DNA of 64,000 nucleotides from Gammaproteobacteria bacterium (GTDB lineage Bacteria; Pseudomonadota; Gammaproteobacteria; UBA4575): NCBI GenBank assembly GCA_028279275.1, contig JANQOB010000006.1, positions 188,799 to 252,798 of the forward strand, read 5' to 3'. Shown piece by piece: positions 59,224 to 64,000 of this stretch (position 1 is its first letter; each line of letters starts with the position of its first letter). The notes under the pieces were generated by a model. It saw only the letters and a program-made list of their open reading frames with translations, ran no database searches and was not told where the DNA came from. The position numbers and the translations under genes were made by a program.

Positions 59224-61515
59224 TTACCACTTCACTCCACGGTGTTCAATGGCTTTTATTTTAGCATCTGGATTGCTTAATTCTGGAATATCTAATCCAT
59301 CAAGCTTGTTACGTAACTCTTGTGTCGCTTCTCTAGCCTCAGACGCGTTACGAATTGCTGTAGGAGTGATAAGAACGAGAAGCTCTGTGCGTTCAGATGA
59401 TTTAGTTGTAGTACCAAATAATGGTCCCACCAAAGGTAAATTACGTAAACCTGGAACTCCTATATTGCCATCAGAATTTGTGTCTTGAATTAAGCCCCCT
59501 AATACAATCGTATCGCCACTCGGGACAGAAACTGAGGTGCTTACTTCACGTTGATCAATAGTTGGCGAGTCAATCGCAGATGATATTGTGGGGTTTGCTG
59601 TGCGAATATTTTGGTAGATATCCATTACAACTGTACCATTCTGACTCACTCTTGGCGCAACTTGCAGTGTCACACCCGTTTCAACAAATTGAATGGTACT
59701 AGTCACCAAATCACTGGTTCCCGTATTCGTAGATTCTGAAGTACGCACAGGAACTTGGTCACCAACATTGATAGAAGCCGTATGGTTATCAAGCACCATT
59801 AATGACGGCGACGAGAGAACTTGCATCTTGTCATCTTGTGCAAGCGCACTCAGAACAGCTCGAACAACCCCACCTGAATCTACTAATGAATAAGAAAACC
59901 CACCATTTGTAACCGCACCAATAAGTCCTGCATCAGTGCCACCCACACCATCACCTAATCTACCAATACCCGTATTACCATCAATATTATTGTTTCTGAA
60001 AAACCATTGTGTTCCATATTCCAAATCGCCTGTTAGTTCTACTTCGACAATAGTGGCTTCAAGTAATACTTGTAATGGTGAAATATCTAAGCGTTTAATG
60101 GCATCTTCTATATCTTTATATTCTTCATTTGTCGCTTTTACTACCAATGCATTATTTTCTTCATCAGCAATAATTTTAATTGCACTGTTATTACCACTTC
60201 CATTATTTCCACCACTAAATAGATCTGCAGAAGCAAAACGCTCTGCATTGGGGCTTAAACTTCCTGGTAATGAAGCACTTGCACCTGTAGGTACACCAGC
60301 ACTTATTCCATCAGCATCACCACTAATAAATCCAGAATCTGAATTACCAATACCTGAACTTTGACTCAATCCACCCGATAAACCAGGTGCTAATGCGGCT
60401 GGATCATGTCCCTGCTTTGTCGATACATCGGCATCGAATAATTCCGACAATATTTGTGCTAAGTAGCCCGCACGTAAATTTTGTACAAAATATACATGCA
60501 ATGAACGTGCAATAGTGTTATCAACACGATCTAAACGATCAACCCATTGTGAAACCGTATTTAAATAATGATGCTGCGGAGTAATAGCGAGAATGGCATT
60601 TAACCGTTCTATTTCTACAAAGCGTAAAATATCAGCTTGCCCTTCTTCTCCACTAAAGCCAAAAATTGAGTTTAATTCTTCTATAACTTTTTTTGCAGAA
60701 GATGAGCTCAATCTGAAAATTGCAGTGGACATCCCTTTAAATTGATCCACATCAAAAATTTCTACAGTTTCCAGCATATTTTTTAGTTCTGCCTGTGTGC
60801 CCGAAACTAGCAAAATATTTCTACCAGAATCTGTTTGGATCATGGCATTCTCACCTTGTAAAGAACGCAAAACGTTTTTCATTTCTGTTGCAGAAATATA
60901 CCGCAGTGGCACAACGATAATTTGATAACCTTTTTGTCGATCTAGCTCATAAGAAGGCGTGACTACACTGCTTAAGCCTTCACTGGCTGAAAGTATTTGA
61001 AAAATCCCTTCATTTTCTGCTAGTAGTGCATTGTTCGCTTTAAGAATATTTTCCATCACGGGTATCAAAGCATCTTTAGCTAAAGGTCTGCCGGTTTTAA
61101 GGCTAACTGTGCCTTTTACACGTTCATCGACCACGTATGCTCGCCCTAACAAATCTCCAAGAATGGTTGCTGCAACCTCTTCAATGGGTGCATCTTGAAA
61201 CATTAATGTAATATCGCCAGTTGCACTATCAGATAATTTTGATGACCCTGGTCTTGCTGTGAAGGTACCTGTTCCCGGATAAAACTCTGCTGCTCGTTTT
61301 TTAGGCTTAGATGGAGTATTTGATTCTTCATCAACAGATATTGCAGTTCCGAGTTCTACATTTTTTTCTGTAGTTCTAGCAACTGCATCATCTACGCTAA
61401 CTTCAGGCTGTTCATTAGAAGTATTTGTAGTTGCGCAACTACTGAAAATGAAAACAAATGCGATAAAAACAAAATGTAAGCATTTTTGAAAATCTGAATG
61501 TTTTAATCCCTTCAT
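59224..61515 (-). CDS. type IV pilus/MSHA secretin (PilQ/MshL family), lipoprotein
   Basis: 763 aa; lipobox FSSCAT; C-terminal secretin motifs (VPGLRNLPLVGPLF...LLVLITPT); Ser/Gly-rich insert. Confidence 0.85.
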   Translation of the reverse strand: MKGLKHSDFQKCLHFVFIAFVFIFSSCATTNTSNEQPEVSVDDAVARTTEKNVELGTAISVDEESNTPSKPKKRAAEFYPGTGTFTARPGSSKLSDSATGDITLMFQDAPIEEVAATILGDLLGRAYVVDERVKGTVSLKTGRPLAKDALIPVMENILKANNALLAENEGIFQILSASEGLSSVVTPSYELDRQKGYQIIVVPLRYISATEMKNVLRSLQGENAMIQTDSGRNILLVSGTQAELKNMLETVEIFDVDQFKGMSTAIFRLSSSSAKKVIEELNSIFGFSGEEGQADILRFVEIERLNAILAITPQHHYLNTVSQWVDRLDRVDNTIARSLHVYFVQNLRAGYLAQILSELFDADVSTKQGHDPAALAPGLSGGLSQSSGIGNSDSGFISGDADGISAGVPTGASASLPGSLSPNAERFASADLFSGGNNGSGNNSAIKIIADEENNALVVKATNEEYKDIEDAIKRLDISPLQVLLEATIVEVELTGDLEYGTQWFFRNNNIDGNTGIGRLGDGVGGTDAGLIGAVTNGGFSYSLVDSGGVVRAVLSALAQDDKMQVLSSPSLMVLDNHTASINVGDQVPVRTSESTNTGTSDLVTSTIQFVETGVTLQVAPRVSQNGTVVMDIYQNIRTANPTISSAIDSPTIDQREVSTSVSVPSGDTIVLGGLIQDTNSDGNIGVPGLRNLPLVGPLFGTTTKSSERTELLVLITPTAIRNASEAREATQELRNKLDGLDIPELSNPDAKIKAIEHRGVKW

Positions 61516-61936
61516 AGAAACCCTATGTCTAACAAGTTAACTGAGTGCTGCTTGATAAAACACCAGATAGTTTCACAGTTAAGTGTAAGTAGTATTAAAC
61601 AAGATGATTAATGAACAATTAATTTCACATTACCCCCCTTCAATATCTTTAGTATTTCCGATACTTAATAGGCTTAAATCGAAGCAAATTACATCAAATA
61701 ATTGAGTAATGGTTATAATCGTAAAGATACTTATTTATCAATAAGTTGTGCACACATTATCCAGTGGTTTCTGAGGGTAATGGAAATCTAAAATTTAATA
61801 TAAACTTTAAGGATAATTTTTATAGTGATTGAATAATAAGCTCTTTATCAGCAGGCTCACGAATAAAGTAGTAGGTAGAGCGATATAAATTTAGATTTTA
61901 ATTATCAAAAAATTTAGCGACCAGTGCCTCTGAAGC

Positions 61937-62623
61937 CTAAAATTCATCCCCAGCAATATCTTCATCATCATAAAAGTCTTCGTCACTGATGTCCCACGCC
62001 GTATTACCCATCGCTTTATGTTTGGGTTGATCAAATTCAGGCTCTGTATCACCATCTGCAGACTTTTGATAAGCCCCAATCACGCTGGCTGGATGATTAA
62101 TTTTACTTTTGTTTAATTGGCTAATCAGTTTGGCTTGTTTTGCACCAGCAGTACTTTCAATAGGTGTGATGAAAAGCTTGTATTCTAATTCTTCATTTTG
62201 AAACTTCACATAATCGGATGATACTTCCGTAATTTCCCAATCTTTATAATTTTCTCCAACTTTCAACCTTTCCATTTGTTTTGCTTTTGTATCTGCAATA
62301 ATTCCAAGCTGTACATCAATGCTTCTTGCTGTCCCAATTAAAATGAGGTGTGATAATTCATCCACGGTAGTAACTTTGCTAAGAGTCTTTGAGCTCGATG
62401 CTGGAACCCGTCCTTTTACAAACAAGGGTCTTTGAGTAATTTCAGAGTAGTGTTCGATGTCGCTTAATAACCCAAATCGCGGCAGCTCATAGTCAATTGA
62501 TTTAGCAATATCTTTGTCGGTGTGTTGTATTAGTGATTCATTTGCATCCTGTGAGAAAGACATTACTTGATAAGCAAATAATGCTAAAGATGCTATACAA
62601 ACTGTTATTAACAATACCTTCAC
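61937..62623 (-). CDS. pilus assembly protein (PilP/MshK-like), acidic C-terminal tail
   Basis: 228 aa, signal peptide; position between PilO-like gene and secretin. Confidence 0.45.
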   Translation of the reverse strand: MKVLLITVCIASLALFAYQVMSFSQDANESLIQHTDKDIAKSIDYELPRFGLLSDIEHYSEITQRPLFVKGRVPASSSKTLSKVTTVDELSHLILIGTARSIDVQLGIIADTKAKQMERLKVGENYKDWEITEVSSDYVKFQNEELEYKLFITPIESTAGAKQAKLISQLNKSKINHPASVIGAYQKSADGDTEPEFDQPKHKAMGNTAWDISDEDFYDDEDIAGDEF

Positions 62624-62632
62624 AATGATTCC

Positions 62633-63223
62633 TTAGTTTGTCACTTCTTTTGCTAAAAAACCTGACACATCAAAGCGGATATCTAAAGCCTCGTTTGAAA
62701 CATTTGAGCTCTGATTTCTAAAAGTAGTTCTATATCCTTTTCCAATATGAATTTTGTCGATTACAAGCACAGGAAGATGGATTTCAAGCTCATATAAAAA
62801 ATTACGTAAGCTACTTAGATCTGCGCGGCAATGCACGGTAACCTTGATTTGACGTTCATCCTGATTTCCACTGGTTACCGGTTGAGTGCTTAATATTTTT
62901 GCGCCTTGACGTTTTAATTCATCTTTTATTATCCCTTGTAATTCCGCAGAAACGATAGCAGCTTTGTCATGCTCAAAATAATATTCTTGATTTTTATTAA
63001 ATGTCTGTAGCTTTTCTAACTTATTTGATAATCCTTTAGTTCTAGCAGATATCGCTTTGTATTGAGTTAGGCGGTGTTGCAACGAGGCAACCTCATCTTT
63101 AGTACTATTAAGTACGGCATGAGCAGGAAGTATTATTAAAAAAAATAAAATCACCAATACAAAAACAAGCACGGCTAACGCAGCTAATTTGTGCTTTGAC
63201 TCTGACATCTGTGGAATATTCAT
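62633..63223 (-). CDS. pilus assembly protein PilO/MshJ-like
   Basis: 196 aa; N-terminal TM then coiled coil; operon position. Confidence 0.5.
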   Translation of the reverse strand: MNIPQMSESKHKLAALAVLVFVLVILFFLIILPAHAVLNSTKDEVASLQHRLTQYKAISARTKGLSNKLEKLQTFNKNQEYYFEHDKAAIVSAELQGIIKDELKRQGAKILSTQPVTSGNQDERQIKVTVHCRADLSSLRNFLYELEIHLPVLVIDKIHIGKGYRTTFRNQSSNVSNEALDIRFDVSGFLAKEVTN

Positions 63224-63225
63224 TA

Positions 63226-64000
63226 TTATGTTTTTGTTTTACTCTTAATTTGTGCAGTTATGGAATAACGCTCTAGATCTTCACCACCACTTTGTGTGAC
63301 TGGAGCTGCAAAACGAATATCATTAAAAATCCCAGTTTGATCGATTACTGGAATCAATTCAGATGCTGATGCCGACAAACCTTGGATGGCTATCAGTCCG
63401 TCCTCTATACTTAAACGTTGAACATGTGTGTGGTCAGGCATCACTTGTGTTAACAAATTTAACATCTCAATGATGCTGGGATTGTCTTTTTTTATATCAA
63501 CTAAATATCCCACTTGGTCTTGCATTTTTGTGTATTCACTTTGCAACGTTTTTACTTTTTGCACCGTTTGCTCCAAGCTCTCCAGCTCTGACGAAAGCCT
63601 TTTTATATGAACATAATTTATAGCAAAAGGCGTAACTCCAGCTAAAATCAATAATCCTACTGCGGCAGTTGCCAACCATTTGATAGATGAACTGTTATTT
63701 CTATTAATACCTGCTTTTGCACGTAGTAAATTTACACCACGCAAGCTTTGATCAGGATCCTCAGAATTAATAATATCGATGCTTTGTAGATGTACATTAC
63801 TATTTTCAATAGCAGCGACTACTGCATTTAGAATTTCTTTTTTTATAACGATCAATAGTACTTTTATTAGTCGTTTATCGTTATATCGTTCTACAATACG
63901 ATAATCAAAGTAAACATCTTCTTTATCAAATGGCGTATAGCGATCCATTTCATATTGAATCACTTCATATAGATTTTCTTCAGTATTGGCAGGTAAGGAT
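63226..64000 (-). CDS. fused PilM/PilN-like pilus assembly protein (MshI-like), 5'-truncated at window edge
   Basis: central TM WLATAAVGLLILAGVTPFAI preceded by PilM-C-terminal-like segment; ORF open to window end. Confidence 0.5.
   Translation of the reverse strand, partial: SLPANTEENLYEVIQYEMDRYTPFDKEDVYFDYRIVERYNDKRLIKVLLIVIKKEILNAVVAAIENSNVHLQSIDIINSEDPDQSLRGVNLLRAKAGINRNNSSSIKWLATAAVGLLILAGVTPFAINYVHIKRLSSELESLEQTVQKVKTLQSEYTKMQDQVGYLVDIKKDNPSIIEMLNLLTQVMPDHTHVQRLSIEDGLIAIQGLSASASELIPVIDQTGIFNDIRFAAPVTQSGGEDLERYSITAQIKSKTKT

Noticed and set aside
1..64000. CRISPR array, IS/transposase, rRNA
   Set aside because: No regularly spaced short direct repeats with unique spacers, no DDE transposase-like ORF with terminal inverted repeats, and no rRNA-like conserved stretches were seen.

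Overview
This is an AT-rich (~37% GC by eye) gammaproteobacterial chromosomal segment. The flanks are ordinary core genes. Left flank: ATP sulfurylase, a BLUF photoreceptor, an ECF sigma/anti-sigma pair, an M23 peptidase, a large PAS-GGDEF-EAL protein, a ferredoxin, an LplT/Aas-like transporter-acyltransferase fusion, MerR and MarR regulators, and a LexA/Y-family polymerase operon. Right flank: a glycerophosphodiester/glycerol-3-P catabolic operon, msrPQ, and an MSHA/type IV pilus secretin operon (mshI/J/K/L-like) that runs off the window edge. The middle third, about 19.2-53.4 kb, is an integration hotspot built on one tRNA-Arg(TCG) gene (37057-37133, minus strand). To the left of the tRNA lies a ~14 kb phage-satellite-like island (Island B). 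It carries a P4-type integrase, AlpA, a Toprim primase-helicase, an iteron-rich origin and TerS/TerL. It ends in a displaced copy of the tRNA 3' half (23047-23093), with two older remnants of the same 3' end at 22876 and 19181. Its cargo is defense-like: an Abi_2 (AbiD/F-family) protein, a 528-aa protein with a MACPF-like signature, a YedK/SRAP peptidase preceded by a perfect 25-bp inverted repeat, and a tight operon of four small genes. To the right of the tRNA lies a second ~16 kb island (Island C). It begins with a different tyrosine integrase and ends in a displaced copy of the tRNA 5' half (53394-53432), so the two elements recombined at the anticodon-loop region from opposite sides. Island C carries a trypsin-like protease, an RRM RNA-binding protein, a 592-aa P-loop NTPase, an iteron block, and a promoter-associated sequence motif repeated six times. 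Its most interesting feature is a 7-gene minus-strand operon ending in a ThsB-like TIR (DUF1863) gene. That gene is preceded by five small membrane proteins with 1-3 TM helices each, and no SIR2, SLOG or Macro partner is recognisable. I consider this a candidate undescribed TIR plus membrane-effector defense system. All calls rest on reading the translated ORFs and DNA by eye; no database searches were run.
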